Below are positions 12,307 through 27,127 of a DNA stretch of 64,000 bases, piece by piece. Source of the DNA: Moniliella sp. 'wahieum'. Its lineage: Eukaryota. The stretch's first letter is position 1. Each line of letters starts with the position of its first letter. The position numbers were made by a program, and so were the translations under genes. The stretch covers positions 744,001 to 808,000 of the forward strand of contig RSEE01000001.1 in assembly GCA_003971905.1 (NCBI GenBank), in the 5' to 3' direction. The notes below the pieces were generated by a model. It worked only from the letters and a program-made list of their open reading frames with translations. It was not told where the DNA came from and made no database searches.

Positions 12307-15017
12307 CTAAACGCGCAAGTGGAGGGCCTCGATAAAGGGCATGAGCTGTTCCGCCGGCACGTCGACCAGGTGGGTGTCGAAGCGGTCATGGACCGACTCT
12401 ACCCCAGCTTCCAACGCCGCCGACTGGAACGCCAGTCCAAACCGGTTGGCCTTGACGGCGCCCACTTGCGACCCGCCAGCCAGACGACCACGACGTACAC
12501 TTGCCGTGCCACATCCAGTGCTGCCACCACAAACGCGATTCCACGCCTGGCACTTAGCCGCTCCGCATGGTCCCGCGCCTCCTGCGCGGCCTCTGCTCCT
12601 GCGCGTCTTCCTCGCCTGTGGGGGTTGGAAGAAGAGAGGGTGGTGGGGGGTGCGGGCCGCTTGCGGTTGCGCTGGCGTTGCGCTGCCTGGACGACTTGTG
12701 GTGCGCATGGCGCCGTTCCATGTCGGCAATCGAGTCGCGCAGCGCATCTACCAGCCAATGCGCCAGGCGGGGCCAGCATGGCCGGTTGAGCAAACAAGGC
12801 AAGGTCCGGCCATCCTTGAGTACGACCAGCCGAAAGTTGCGCAGCGCCTTGATCGCGTGCTTCTCTACCAAGGCAATCCCCGTACTGAGCACCGCGCGGT
12901 GAAGCGCTTGGCCAAGACCAGCGACGATTGCAGCAGATCCAAACTGCACAGGACACAAGGCGTAGGGTACAATCAGGTCAGTCTTTGTACTGGGTCGCGC
13001 GTTGAAACGAGAGAGGGAGAGAGAGAAAAGAAAAAAACCTACCTTTGCGGCCGCGTCGCATCCAATGCACTGTAGGCAGCGAAAAAATTGCGCACCCAAG
13101 CGTCTTTGCGACGCTCATCTACTTGGATTGATCCTTGATTCGGGTCCAACTCATCCGTCCCAGTCGAAGCAGTGCCTGGGGGACCCGAGGGGAGCACTCC
13201 CGAGCCAGGCAGACGCCAGGCCGTTTGGACGCAAACCAATCTGATGTGTACGTCCCGCCGGCCGCGGCCGAGGCCGCTCGCCAGCCCTGAGCAGCGGCGG
13301 AGCGGAAAAGGCAAGACCAGGCGCATCGACGGTAACCTGTACGCCGGTCGCGGCGTGCAGCAGCGCCGCAGCGCCTTCGACCGCATCGGCCGCGGAGAGT
13401 TTGGGGCTCGAAAGCCCCGTTGGCGGGCAAAGGAGCGGAAGGTCGAGTCGCCCAGGCCATATTCTCGAGCGATCGTCTTGATGCGCGGGATGAGAGCTTT
13501 GCAAGTCCAGGTCCATGTACGCGTGCGGCTGCCGACACGCCGTCAAGCTGAACCCCATCTTGGCCAACAACCCACGCAGTTGGGCTCGGCCAGTCGCGCC
13601 ATAGGGAAAGTTTGGAGGCGACAAAGCCAGTGTGGAGCATGCTTTCCTCCAGCGACCAGTGGCGGTACAGAACAAACCGAAGTTCGGCATTGACGACGCG
13701 AATGGCGCGGCTGTCGGCACCAAGAGTGCGGGATGCATCCAAGAGCGACTTGGGAGCTTTGGATTTGGTGGTGGAGGACTGATCACACTGGCTCCATCGT
13801 CCATCGCCTTCCTCCTCATCTTGGTCCCCTTGCATCACGTCCCCGCCGCCGCCGCGATCGGGGTCGGGGTTGCGAGCAATCACCCCCTCTGCCAACTCAT
13901 CGGCTTGCTCAGCGTAGGCTGACCCAATCTGCCCACTTGTGTACTGCGATGTTACACCAGAACGGCGAGCCTGAGGCAGGGGACAAAGGGGAGGGTCGGT
14001 CAGTTGACTGTAGACAAAAAGCGATGCGGGGGAGGCAAGAGGGGGGGGGAGGTGGGGGCATACCATAAGATCTCGTTGTCTACACGGCCCAGCGCCTCAG
14101 CCAGCATCCAGAGCATAGCGGCCACGCTGCGCCCCATGGTGGTACCCGTTCGTAGTACCGGGTGAGCACGTTTTGGTAAACGGCGCGTGCGTGATCGGTT
14201 AAGCGTTTTGGCTTGGCTTGGCTTGGTGAAAGGGCAGACCATCCGGCCAATGAGGGTCTTTTTGCGGGGGCGGTCCTCGGGATCAACGTCGCTGCCATAG
14301 TCGGAAGGAGCAGCGTCGGAATCTTCCTCCGAATCGGACGCTTGGCCATCATCAAACTCGAGTTGGTCGTAGGCCTCCATCTCGCTCGACAGGTCGGCCA
14401 CGCCGCCATCGTCCCAGATGCAGATGCGGTCCATGATGTCAGACGTGGCAAAGAGACTGTCCAAGTTCCATGGGCGATGGCTGTCGATCACATGGACCGT
14501 ACAGAGGGGGGCAGGGGCAAGCGCGTTTTTCCTCCTCGTCGTCGCTGAGGGGGTGGAGCGGGCGTCAGCCTGCGAGTGGGCGTGCGAGGTACGGAAGTAG
14601 GTGGAGAGGGAGAGGACGGATCCGAGGTTGAGGAAGACGACGGTGCGGAGCGAGTGTTGGTGGCAACATGCTGCTCGAGGACCTGCTGTAAGCTGGCGTA
14701 CCCTTCCACAGGCACAATCCGGTACGGCACATCGTCGTCGGTGAGGAGACGTGCCAGAGCGGGGCGCCAGCGAGCGCGTCGACGTCGGCAGCAACCAAGA
14801 GGAGAACGGCGGTAGCAGCAGCGCCGAGACGGGCGGGGCGGGGTCAAGCCAGGCGTCGCCTTCGTGGGCGGCGGGGGCGTCGGCGCGCGGCGGAGGCCGA
14901 TGAGTTTGGCGCCGCGCGCGGCGCGGACAATGGCGCGGTAGGCGGTGGCGAAGTCGGGGCCGGGCGGGGCGGTTCTGCGCTCGGACGAGGCGGGCTGGGG
15001 GGGTAGACGAGCACCAT
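12307..15017 (-). CDS. CDC45: DNA replication initiation factor Cdc45; introns ~13971-14063 and ~12944-13042
   Basis: VAADVDAL..LLTDDDVPYRIVPVEGY, VFLNLGS, VHVIDSHRPWNL, ELRFVLYRHWSLEESMLHTGFVASKL, LLAKMGFSL..C.Q, KLSAADAVEG, C-terminal NRFGLAFQ..FD..FIEAL. Confidence 0.93.
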
Positions 15018-15112
15018 GGGGGGGGGGGGGAGGGAGGAGCGGTGGAGGAGGACTGGCGCGGATCCTGCTGGTGTGCGCATCCACTCGTGCTGCCGCTTCA
15101 CCTCCACGCTGC

Positions 15113-15156
15113 TCGGCGCGACGCGTTCCAGGCCACGCCGCGCGCGCTTTGAAATT
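15113..15156. promoter_or_regulatory. MCB-like (ACGCGT / CGCG) elements in the divergent CDC45-NDUFA12 promoter
   Basis: ACGCGT at 15121-15126 plus CGCGCGC repeats about 100-130 bp upstream of the CDC45 ATG. MCB boxes are typical of fungal replication genes. Confidence 0.45.
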
Positions 15157-15433
15157 GCAGCGCCCAGCCCAGCCGCCTCCTGTCGCGCGCTGCTTCGGGA
15201 GGTCGTCGACAAGTCGGTGGTTCGAGCCCAGGTGGGAACAGCTGCGTCGCTGCTGCCCCCAAAATACGCCCAGGGCATACGTAAGCGCCCCATTACTAAT
15301 TTCTCCCCCCGCTCCCCCTGCCCCCCTACGGGTACTGGGCACTGGCTCGAGGCGCTCTGAGCTGCAGGCCCCAGGCTGAGGCCAGCCTGCTCCTGCTCCC
15401 GCGCCTGCCCTGCCGACACCACCTGCCCCAGCC

Positions 15434-15932
15434 ATGTCTCTCCGCATCGCACAACGCGTGTACACCCTCGGGTGGAGGCAGTCCTCCGCGAACTCGTCTT
15501 CCACGACACGATCGCTGTCGGGACGCTGGTGGGCACCGACCGGAACGGAAACCGGTACTTTGAGAACACCTCGAACCGGGACCACCCGGGCTACCGCGAC
15601 CGGTGGATCGAGTACTCCCAAGGCTTCACCCGCAACGTCTCCCAGATCGACCCCGACTGGCATCCTTGGCTGCACCACATCACCCAGGTGCCCCCCACCC
15701 AAGATGCTGTGCTTCAGGCTAGCAAGCAACCATGGCAGCCCGTAAGTGTCTGCTCCTTCTCGCGCTGTTTCGGTTCCCGTGCGTGTACCCGGATAAGCTG
15801 ACTCGTCCGCGCGCTGGTCGCTGGTAGGTGGACGTGGTGGAGAACCTGACGGGCACCCGGGGCCTACAAGCCCTACCCAACCAGCGGAGGCACATCAACC
15901 CATGGGAGCCCAAGGTGGCCCCACGCGCGTAG
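15434..15932 (+). CDS. NDUFA12: NADH:ubiquinone oxidoreductase subunit NDUFA12 (B17.2/N7BM); intron 15742-15827
   Basis: GTLVGTDRNGNRYFEN..RDRWIEY..SQIDPDWHPWLHHI..PP, ENLTGT..YKPY..INPWEP. Confidence 0.9.
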
Positions 15933-17907
15933 CGCGTCCCGGATGAAACCGCAATGTGCATGACTCGGTAGGAACTAAACTTGGACCCATCCATCCCATT
16001 GCTGGCCCGCTTTTTATGGTGCAGGCTCGAGTTGTCCAGGTGGGGAAACTGCCCTTCCTATCTGTCTTGTTATGTAGCTTATGAATGGCTCGACAGCAGA
16101 AGGCCCACGCCACAGACACGTGATCGGATGATTGCCAGGCAGCAGAAACCCTCTCCGCTACAATGACCTCTTATCCAAATCCTGCAGGCCTAAGAGTGGA
16201 TCGAGACCGGTACCATGAGCAAGCTAGAGGAGGTCAAAGGTAAAGCTTTGGCTCTTAGCAAGGTTGGTAGTCACGAGGTGGGGGGGGGGGCTGCGGACGT
16301 GATGGCAAAAACAGCCGAGAGTGAAGGCATTGGACGAAGTCAGGCCCTGCAAGCCTCTCGATGCCTCCAAATCGATGGTATAGCCCGAACCTTGGCACCG
16401 CCAAAAGAAGTGCTTGGTTGAGGACGAGACCCCAATCATTGATGGTGACCCTGTCTGAACGCTTGAGCTTTCGAGGACGCTGGCTCCCAACCCACAGAAC
16501 GAGTACCATTGATAATTTCCCAGTCTCCCTTGCTGGCTAGGGAGGCAAGAATGAGGACGGCCAGTGCAAACAATTTTCCGGAGATTTACATCGTATGAGC
16601 AGTGACATCCATCGCCTCAAGAACTTCGGTGCAAAGTACTTGTGCATGGGTCTGTGTGGGTGGTGGACAGGCTGCCCCCCTACGTGCAAGGTTGTCCCTG
16701 GGCCAGAACTTCCATGGTCAGCTGCTCCAGTTGATCAACCTGAGCAACCGCAACCATCGCGCCGCGATCGCAGTATCGGCGGGGGCTGCCCCTCTGTGGA
16801 GCCGAACAATGTCCCCGACTTGATTGCATCCGTCTACTATACAACGCATCCACCTACTGGGTATCTCCACCAATGAAACCCTCGGTCCCAATGCAGTGAT
16901 GTAACCACACCTTGGAAGGCAACACGGAAGAACATGAAGGATCATTGAAGGTATCCGCCGCAGCAGATGCAGCCTTTTTGCCGGTTGAGTCGGAGCCAGA
17001 GCCGCACGGGGATAGTGTGTGACGGCCTCAGGACGCTCAGGGCGCTCAGGGAAGCCAGGACGATTTGAACTTATTCTTCAGTTGCGCTTATAACTGCCCC
17101 CGCAGCTATGTTTAGATGGCCCACACAAAGTACTTGGCGGACCAGGTCACTTCTATTCACATTGTGTAGGTGGGATGTGTTATACTTCCAACTGACCATC
17201 AGGGGGGAGCAATGAGACGCGCACAACTGGCTCGCAGCGAACAGTGCAGACTTTGTGGACAACATAGCAAGGGGCTGCCCCTCCCTTCCGAGTCGCTTCG
17301 GGCGATGCAAGCCAAGTCGCTTCGGCAGCTGCCTTCGACGGTTCGCGCAGCTTGACGATCGACGGGTCATTTTGCCAGCACCTGGAAACACGAGAAATGT
17401 CTTTCGAGTCTGTCCAGTCCAAGTGCGGTATACGCATCAGCGCATCAGCGTATCAGCGCTCTCAGTTTCAAAATTGCACGTAACATTTGAAAACGCGATC
17501 ACGTGCAAACACGTGATCGCCCACGCGGTCCCGATCACCGTGAATCCAATTCCAAACCCCAACCCTATCGCCCTCAGGTCACGCGCACGCGGCCACTCAA
17601 ACACTGCACTGAGCTCATGCGAGCGCCTTCCTCACCACGAGAGACAGAGCAGATGCCGTGGCCTATGCCAGCGCACACGCTCAGCTGAGCCTTTCTCGTT
17701 GCGCCCCAGTGGGCGCACTACTTCGTTTGCTGTATGGTGGCAACTAGCTAGGATCGATTTCAGCGTTCGCCCCCCGCCGTGCGCGACGCCAAGCCAACCG
17801 AGTCAAAACGAGTCATAGAAAATTAGATCGCCTAGGAGTACAGGAACCAGCGGCCCAAAGCCGCGCCAACGAAGTCAAACGGAAGGGGAGAGGGAAAAGG
17901 AGAGCGC

Positions 17908-18467
<560 letters not shown>

Positions 18468-20113
18468 ACTTTGGATAAGAGTACCGACGGCGGTGGGGAG
18501 GGGGAAAAAAGGCGGGTCGAGGGCGGCGGGGGACGGGGGTATTTATACGCGCGCTTCCTTGGTTGAGCGCGTGGCTGTTGGCTCAGAAACGGGGCGCTCG
18601 GGGCAGAAATGATGCGCTTGCGGACGGGCCCGGAGGGGGAAGGCAGAGGGGGACGCACGGGGGCAGTGGCATCGGTAGCCACTAGCCCTCCTCGCCGTCG
18701 CTGTGGCATCCTGGCCTGCCATTCCCCTCGCTTCCCTGCTCCGTCGCTGGCTTGCGCCGTGCCTGCCGCGGCTTGCACCCCGTCCCCTGCTCTCGATTTT
18801 TCATTGGCCGCTCTGGCACCAGGTATCACCCGCCAATCACTGTTCCCGTTTCCCCCCTCGGCCAACCCATTCAAAACGTCCAACGTGTTCGTCGCAACAA
18901 CTCCCGACAAAGACCGGGAGCTGGCAATCGCCACACCAGCAGGATCGGCATGATGCAACCGGGCAGTGTCGCGCTATTGGTGAGATGCCTGGATGATCAA
19001 TGATCGAGATCGATGATCAATTGAATATGGAATCGAGCTTCGAGGAGGCCTCAGGCTCAACTCAGCGCTGAGGCCGAGGACTGCAGGGTACTGCTTACTA
19101 GCTGCCATTGTCATTAGTACTTAGTTGTCGCTGGTTGGCCCAGTAGGGCGGGGGAGGGACTGGGGTGGGTATGTATGGCATAGTGGCAGTGTAGCCAGAC
19201 TTTGCTAGAGTGAAGGTAGTGATGGCAGGATGCCGTTTCCCTTCCAGCTTCACGCTCCAAGTCCTATTCTCTCAGTGTACTCATCTAGTCATAGTACCCA
19301 ACATCCAATAGCTACCCGGGCGTCGTAGCCCAGGGAGGAGCCCGGAAGGAGCTGAAGCCTGCGTTGCCATCCCAGCCGGCCCAGCAGAGCCTTTTAGATG
19401 GGTCCAGAGGACGAGTCCTGCTAGGTCATCGCATCCTGGTGCTATTCTGGAAGCGTCGTTAAAAACTTTCACACCTCTGTCGACTTGAGGCACTCTGCTT
19501 AGAAACCAGTCTGGCTGTATGTTGCAAGTGTTAGATTCACATTCCATCTCCCCAGGCCCTACCCGCACCCTCCTCCCACGAGGACCATATGCGTGCTTTC
19601 GCCGTGCGGATACTGATAAGCCAACCCTAGCTACCATACCCCCCGCCTGCTCCGACTGATTGGAACCTTACCTCCGCATAGTGCTTCGGCCACCACTGCG
19701 GAACAGCGCTGGCCGGGCTAGCTGCCCAGGCGTTTGGGCGGGGGAGCTGGCTACGTCACGAACAGCAGCTTCAGGGCACTGATCGAGTGATCCAGTGTGC
19801 AACAAATTAAGGCTGCAAGTTGGCCCTGGCCGCCAATGATAACCGTCTAGCGGGGTGGAGTCGGGCAGTTACTCGTCGGGCCTCAGGCACAGCGCCTCAG
19901 TCCCCAGTCTGGCCGGCGATGTGCAGGGCCTGGACCAATGCCAGAGTGCCTGCCCAAATCAACGTTCAGCAGGTCTCTGATCCGCCTCGACACATCCAGC
20001 CGATCCGCTCCCATCACGTTGGGTATCAACGGCCTGTCTGAACTCTGAACCAGGCCTCCATTAACTATCCCCGCCCCGCTTCCCTCCCGCTGCCACCGCT
20101 GCGTTTTCCCAAG

Positions 20114-21687
20114 ATGGTCAATCCGTGGGTGCAGATTGCCTGCGCCACTACCTGGTGCCTCCTCTCCGCCGGCGTTTGCTTTGGCTTTGCGGCCATCAAG
20201 CCCGTCTTTATCGCCGAGGGTGTGTACTCGGAGCTATGCCAACCTGGCAAAGCGCCTTGCCAGGCCCAAGACCTGCAGCTCAACTTTATGTGGACCGTTG
20301 CTGCCGGTAGCACCAACGCCGTCTCGCTCATTGTCGGCGCTGTGCTGGACCACAAGGGTCCACGCGCCTGCGGCTTTATCGGGGTCGTTTTCCTCACCCT
20401 TGGCGCTCTACTACTGAGTGAGCAGCCGTCGAACAGTTGGTTCGACCCTTTCATGGTTGGGTACTCGGTTCTTGCGCTCGGCGGTCCATTTGTCTTTATC
20501 TCTACCTTCCAGTTGGCCAACGCAGTGCCCGACCACTCGGGCAAGGTTCTTGCCGCCATCACGGGTGCGTTTGACACGTCCTCTGCCCTCTTTCTCTTTT
20601 ATCGACTTGCCTACCAGCATACGGTCAAGGGCATTTCCCTCTCCACCTTCTTCCGCCTCTACCTCGTTGTACCCCTCTTCATTCTGTTGTGCCAGCTGTT
20701 TCATGCCCACGAGAGTTACACCGCCGGGGGGCTAAAGCCTTCGGGTGAGATTGCCCAGGCGGTGAACGAGGCGACCGAACACGAACAGCTGCTGGAGCAG
20801 CACCAGGAGAACATGTCTTCGTTCGGTCGCATCGGTGGCAACCAAGGTGGTCTAGCAGCAGGCACGAGCGCGTTTAGCATTGTTGGCAGTGTGCCTGAAG
20901 GCGGACGCCTGGCTGCACTCCATCCAACTTGAACCTTGACGCCTCCTATCTCGCTGATGTGCATGAAGACGTGACCGAGCGTCTGATCCGCAAGACGGGC
21001 GGCATCTTTGGCATCTTGGATGGACGCAGTGCCAGCGAACAAATCTGTTCCCCTTGGTTCATGCTCATTCTCGTCATGACCTGTCTGTGCATGCTGCGCA
21101 TCAACTTTTTCATCTCGACCGTCAGTGCTCAGGAGCTCTTTTTGGTGGGGCCCTCGGGTGCCAGCACGATTGGGGGCTTGTTTGATGTCGCGCTTCCGGC
21201 GGGAGGGGTGGTGGCGATCCCGTTCATTGGGATGCTTCTGGACGAGTTGACGACGTTCCAGGTGCTGGAGGTGATGTGCACGGCGAGTGTGCTGACGGGT
21301 GTCTTGGGGTGCTTCCGTTCCTTTTGGCTCAACATTCTGGGTGTACTGATCTTGGTAGTTTACCGTCCCTTCTATTACTCGGTCACCACCGAGCTGGCTG
21401 CCAAGGTGTTTGGACCGATCACGTTTGGGCGTCTGTACGGATTGATTATGACGCTTTCGGGTGTGTTCAACATGCTGCAGGCCGTGCTGGATCGTTCGCT
21501 TCACGGGCCGCTCCACGGCAACCCCATCCCGATCAACCTGCTGCTTACGGGCGCAACAGCGGTGACGGCGTTGTCGCTGCTGGCATACACCAAACACGAG
21601 GGCGCTCGTCGGCTCAAGCAGATTGAGGCGGGCGAGGACGAGGAAGAGGAGGAAGAGGCGGTCCGCGGATCTTATGGGGCGGTATGA
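20114..21687 (+). CDS. FMP42: MFS transporter, FMP42/SLC43-like; frameshifted
   Basis: QIACATTWCLLSAGVCFGFAAIKPVFIAEGVY, G..LD..GPR, LALGGPFVFISTFQLANA, ITGAFDTSS, MLRINFFIST, YRPFYYS, FG..TFGRLYG. Confidence 0.85.
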
Positions 21688-22262
21688 TATCTCGATGAGA
21701 GCGACGTCTCTCTTCTTCTGCTGTGGTGGCAGCGTCTGCAACTGTGGCAGTGTTGTGCGAACTGCTTTCGCCTGCTCCCCTACCTCCCACTCCCTTTGTC
21801 TTTTTGCCTACTATTAATCGTGCGTGTTGTTTGGCTGTTACTATGTGATGGATGTGTGATGTGTGCTAGCCGCAGACTGGCAGCCTGAAGCACTGTGGCA
21901 GACTGGGGGTGCTTTAAAGTTTAACATTGCCACTGGCAGTGAACAACACGCAGCCTGATCGAGTGACTAGCTAGTGATCTGATCTGGCACGCACCAGTGG
22001 GGAGTTCCTGGCGCGGCACGTGCTGCGTGTGCTGGGTGAGTATGCCCTCCCCTTTCACGCAGCCCCCCCGGCCCCGCTTGGCGTCGCAGCCGGCGGGCAG
22101 CAGCGGGCAGCGAGCATCGAGCGCCGGCTTGAAAGTTGAAGCCTCAACTTCTGCCGCGCGCCTCGTTCACCTTGCCGTCCGGCGCATCGGCCCGGAACAC
22201 CTGGCCAGCAGCAAGCCGCTTGCGCTGGAAGCCTCCAGCTCCCAGGCGCACCACACCCCTGC

Positions 22263-22299
22263 CAACACCAACACCAACACCAACACCAACACCAACAAC
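22263..22299 (+). repeat. (ACCAAC)n microsatellite upstream of the TMEM135-like gene
   Basis: Direct read: caacaccaacaccaacaccaacaccaac... Confidence 0.8.
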
Positions 22300-22317
22300 A
22301 TCGCCAACCCCAACGCC

Positions 22318-24518
22318 ATGTCGACCCGCCCCCCTGTCCGCCTGCGGAACCCCCCTGGCTCCTCTCACGGCGCTCCTGTCGTCCTCGGTGCTTGCCCCCG
22401 CCACGCGCGCCTACCTCATCGGCCTTCTCGCCGATGCCATCCCAACCATCCTCAAGATCCTCGTCAAGTTTTCCCGAGCCCACATGCGCCGTGCTAGTCA
22501 AATCAGCCGTCGTCTCGCAGAAGAGCAGCTTCCATCCGTGCCCGAGAACCATACGCAGGCTGAGCGCGCTGCCGCCAAGGCCCGCACCAGCCACAAGGCT
22601 GTCCGCCGGACCATCTTCGAGGCCCTCACTGCCCTTCCATCGCTCCTCCTCACCACCCTTCGTGCCATCCTATCGGCCGCACACAATCCTCATGGCCTGG
22701 CCTTGTGTGGAGCGTTCACTGTACTTGTTTGGCGCATTCTGGAAGCTTATCTGTACCAGGCTCTGGCCCGGCTCCGGCCTGGCATGGTCAGCGCCAACGC
22801 TCAGCGTGCGCGCGTGATGGCCTCGTTTGTGTCTGCTACCGCCTCGGCGGTGGTAGCCCTGCACTATCTTGGCTCAGGGCTCGCTCCTGTTCCCCGTCGA
22901 ACCCAAGGGATGAGGGAGCGAGGTCTGGGCCGATCTCCCAGCGCCGTGCTTTTGTTCCGTAAACTCCAGACCCCCACGCCGCTTGCTCCGGGGGGGCACT
23001 TTATGTCGCGCCTCACCAACTTGAGTATCCCCGTCTCCCCCAGCGATCCAGGTGCCACATCTCCCGCACGAAAGCGCGCTTTATCAGGTACATGCGCTGG
23101 AGCCCAGGAAACGGCCTCATCCCAGCCACTGCCTGAAGAGGACAAGCCCGTGCCCAGCCCCACACTGGAGTTTACCCTCTCCCTCCTAGTCCGGGCCATT
23201 GACACGGCCACCCGGGTTGTGCCCGTCATCATGGCTGGCTCGGCGGTTGTGGCGCCACACAAGGCCGTGCCGGCGGCTGCACCGGCTCACCGCAATGCTC
23301 TGCGCCGCGCCCTGGGAGCGGTGGGTCACTGGGCTTCCGACCAACGCGATGGGCTGCTTTTTGTTGTGTGTTGTGCGGAAATTATGTACTCGTGGTTTTA
23401 TGAGCCGCAACGCTTGTCGCCCATGTACAACAAATGGTGCGTTCACCCCCATGTGCTCTGTCGTTGCGTTGGGGTGTCTTTCCCGTGTTGCTGACCCGGG
23501 ACGCTTGGTAGGATTACCAATCTGGCTTCGATGGACGAGCGCTGCCTAACGGCATTGCGGTGCCACCGAACGGGCAAGCCTTACCATTGGAAGTATGGCC
23601 AAAAGCATGACTTGGAAGTGGGATCGATCGCGCTCATGTCGGGCTTGGCCGAGTCGCTTGGGTATCCATACGAATGGGGCGACCCAACCCGCGTGCCCCA
23701 AACGGCAGCGGAGGCCAAGATGCTGCGTGACGCGGCGCGGGCGAAAAACCGCGCGCGATGCGAAAAGGAAGGGATCGACTTCGATTCACTTCCTCCCATC
23801 GAACAGGACGAAGGATACGTCCTGGCTGGCGCCGCTGGTCCTCGCGGGCGAGGGGAGATGGGGGGCGTGCCGTGCGAAGTGGTGCATTGCGGCATCACAG
23901 GGTCCAACTGTTATGCTGATGCGGGTCTGCGCTGGCTGCGTGGATTCAAAGCCAGCTTGGCCATCTACATTCCCGTTCACCTCGCCCCCGTCTCCTCTTT
24001 GCCCCACGCACTTTTTTCCGTCATCCCTTTGCCGGGCTGTGGCGTGCGCTCAAGGGGGCCTCACGCAGCAGCGCGTTCCTCGCCACGTTTATTGCTATCA
24101 TCTGGTTCTTAGTGTGCATGGTGCGCACCGAGGTGTGCCCTCGCCTGTTCCCCAATGTGTCGTTCAACGTATGGGACCATGGGTACGGAGAGATCCTTGG
24201 TTCGTGGGGTGTGGCTGGTCCGTCTTTTTGGAAGAGAAGCGCAAACGGGCCGAGATGGCGCTGTACGTGGCACCCCGTGCGCTCTTTGCTCTCATCGAGT
24301 CCTTCCGCCCCGGCTGGCTCAACGACCGGCGGCATCTGTCGGCTCGGATCACCGAACGTACCCTCTTTGGTCTCTCCACCGGCCTTCTCCTCACCACCGC
24401 CCGCTTTCGCCCCGACTTGCTGCGCGGGATTGCATCCATTCTGCCTTGGGTCGTCCGCGACCCCTCTATGCGCAAGGTCCGCATCACCGGCGACCGCGCT
24501 GTGCCCGCCCTGTTGTGA
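22318..24518 (+). CDS. TMEM135/PMP52-like membrane protein; intron 23437-23511
   Basis: TLEFTL.LLVRAID, CAEIMYSWFYEPQRL.P.YNKWI, PCEVVHC, F..SL.IY.PVHL, SVFLEEKRKRAEMALYVAPRAL. Confidence 0.75.
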
Positions 24519-26054
24519 CGCCCACCCCGCTCACCCCGCACAACCTCCCGCCCACCTCAAGCTGCTCTGTGTGAGCACGGTCGTCCCACCTTCCGATGGC
24601 AGACATGTCCTATCACTTCGTTTCCTTGCCCCCGTTTCGTCAATCTATTCGTCATCTGGATGCCCCCACTGTGGAAAAGGGTTGCTGTCAGATGGTATGC
24701 ATGTGCTCGATTGGGTCGGTGCTAGGCGGGCAATGTATATAGGAATGGCTGCCCACCACATAATAGCACCAGCGCACAGAAGCTGTACTTGCACTCGATT
24801 CGCTCGTCCTTGGCATATTCCAACAAGCGCGTCCACATACCTCCGTCCTGACTGCCGAATCAAGCAACGGCGAGAGATGACCTCGAGCAGGGCGACCAGC
24901 ATTCGCACCTGCTTCCAGGCGTAGTAGGCATGCCCGCGTCACACCCTCATTCGCTGGCACGAGGCATCAGGCCTTGCTGCGCCCGATATTGTAAAGCTTG
25001 ACCTGCAACCAGTGTGACATTCAAGTAAGAGCGCAGTCAATAGATAATGGCCGTGACAATCATGTTCCCTTGGACGCCAGGCATTACAACAGCAGCATCA
25101 AGGACCGATGCATCAACTATGGAAACGCAAGTAAATACGAGCAGAGTGGACAAGCCACGGCATGCAATTGCCAGCAACGTACAGGGAGGCATCAGAATTG
25201 GCCATCTCGCCTCCACGCCTCACGGCCCCCCGCAGCTCAGACGAGCACGCAGGAAATGGGACGAAGGGTGGCCAGGTCATCGGAAGGCGACATCGACCCC
25301 GAGAGGGGAAGGGCCTTTGCTCCTCACTGCTTAAGGGCGAGACGTACAAGAACCAAAGGATTCATCCTCTGCCCTGTAGTTTGTGGCTCAAAAATAGAGC
25401 TGGCCAGACTCGGAAGATAACTGTATGCACAGATTCTGCTGAGAATGGTCTTGGTTTGCAGACAGGGAGCGCCCACCACGCCTTTTATACCCTGCGGAGA
25501 CGCCAAAAAAAATGCTGCGGTCTGCGCTCAAAAATTGAGCACTAGGGTTTGCCCCCGTTTCTTTTCGCGCTGCCTCCACCTCCACTGCTGCCCCCAGTTC
25601 CGCTGGCGCAATTCTGGTGGAGGCAATGTGCTTCTCCGCCACACGCAGCGCTCAAATTCGGGCTTGTTAAACATTTCAGTACAAGCACACTTCCGCTGCC
25701 AGCACCAGCGGGGACATGCGATGTGACATGTGATGTGATGTATGTGTTTCATCGGGACAGCGTCTTCCAGCTTCATACCTGGGGCAGCTACGCCTCACTA
25801 CTGTTATACCCAACTCCTCATCCACCATCCACGTTAACTTCCCGCAATCACGTCTCTCTGCACGATGCACTGGTTCTGAGATCTGGAGGCTATAGTATCG
25901 ACCAGTGCCCACAAGACATGACAGATTGGTAAAGACATGATATTTACGCGACGTTGCAAAAGGTTCACACCTGCCCATCTGATAGGTCGAGATGGGAATG
26001 CCTTTCAACGCCGTTCAGCCCACAAGCGAGGCCGTGTTAACCCGCAACGCCACA

Positions 26055-27127
26055 CTAAAGCGCCGTGTTAACCTTGAGCGCGGCCTTCTGCTCTGCCGGC
26101 GTGCCAAACACATCAATGGGCCACGAGGGCTTGTAGAGGAAGGGGACGTTGTTGCGGCTCTCGCCATACTCCTTGATCAGTCCCGACACGGCATCAAACT
26201 CTTCGGGCGAGAGAGTGATCTGCTCAAAGTTGCTCTGGATGCGCGAGGGCGTGACACTCTTGACCAGCACATTGTATCCACGCTGGATACCCCAGGCAAT
26301 GAGGACCGCAGCGGGCGTGTGGTTGACGCGCTTGGCAATCGCCTCAATGCCAGCATTTTGCGTGAGCGGGGGCTTGCCAGCAACGTTGTTGCCCAGCGGG
26401 CTGTAAGCCGTGATGGCAATGTTCTTTGCCTTATGGTGGGCAACCAGCTCGTCCTGTTGCAGGAGCGGGTGCGCCTCAATCTGGTTGACAGCCGGGCGCT
26501 CCCCCGATGCCTTCTCCACCAGGTCCACCAGGTCGGTCGTGAAGTTCGACACGCCCACAGACTTGGCCTTCCCAGTCTTCTTGAGAGCCACGACCGCCTT
26601 CCACGTGTCGACCAACTTGATCGACTCGTCAATCAGGACCTCGTCCTGGTTGGTGGGGTTGCGAGGGAACAGTTCCTGAGGAGTCGTGTATTTGAACGAA
26701 ACCGGCCACTGATGAAACACAGGTGGTTAGCAAGCAGCATCCAACACGCCGAAGAGCCAAGGGCCCAAACAACGAGTCAAATAGCACGTACGTGGATCAG
26801 GTACAAGTCAAGGTAGCTCAACCCCAGCTCCTTGAGCGTCTCGTCGAGCGCGGGCTCCACCTGCTCCGGGGCGTGGCGGTTGTTCCAGAGCTTGGAGGTG
26901 ATGAAGAGGTCCTCGCGCTTGACAACGCCTTGGTCAAACAGTTCCTTGAGCGCCACGCCAATTTCCTCTTGGTTCTCATACACCTTAGCAAGGTCGAGGT
27001 GACGGTAACCAGCCTTGACAGCGAGCTTGCCCTCGCCTACCTGGCCGGGCTCCGCCAGCCAGGTGCCATAGCCCAAGGCGGGGATGGAGCGGCCATCATT
27101 GAGAGGGATCGACTTGCCGTAGGACAT
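26055..27127 (-). CDS. ER3: Aldo-keto reductase, erythrose reductase ER3-like; intron 26709-26791
   Basis: [70 protein letters not shown]; catalytic D/Y/K/H all present. Remembered high similarity to Moniliella ER3. TATA (ATATAAA) at ~27207-27213. Confidence 0.85.

Noticed and set aside
25380..25450. KITVCTDS resembling a retroelement RNase H motif
   Set aside because: Isolated short motif; other RNase H residues are not found.
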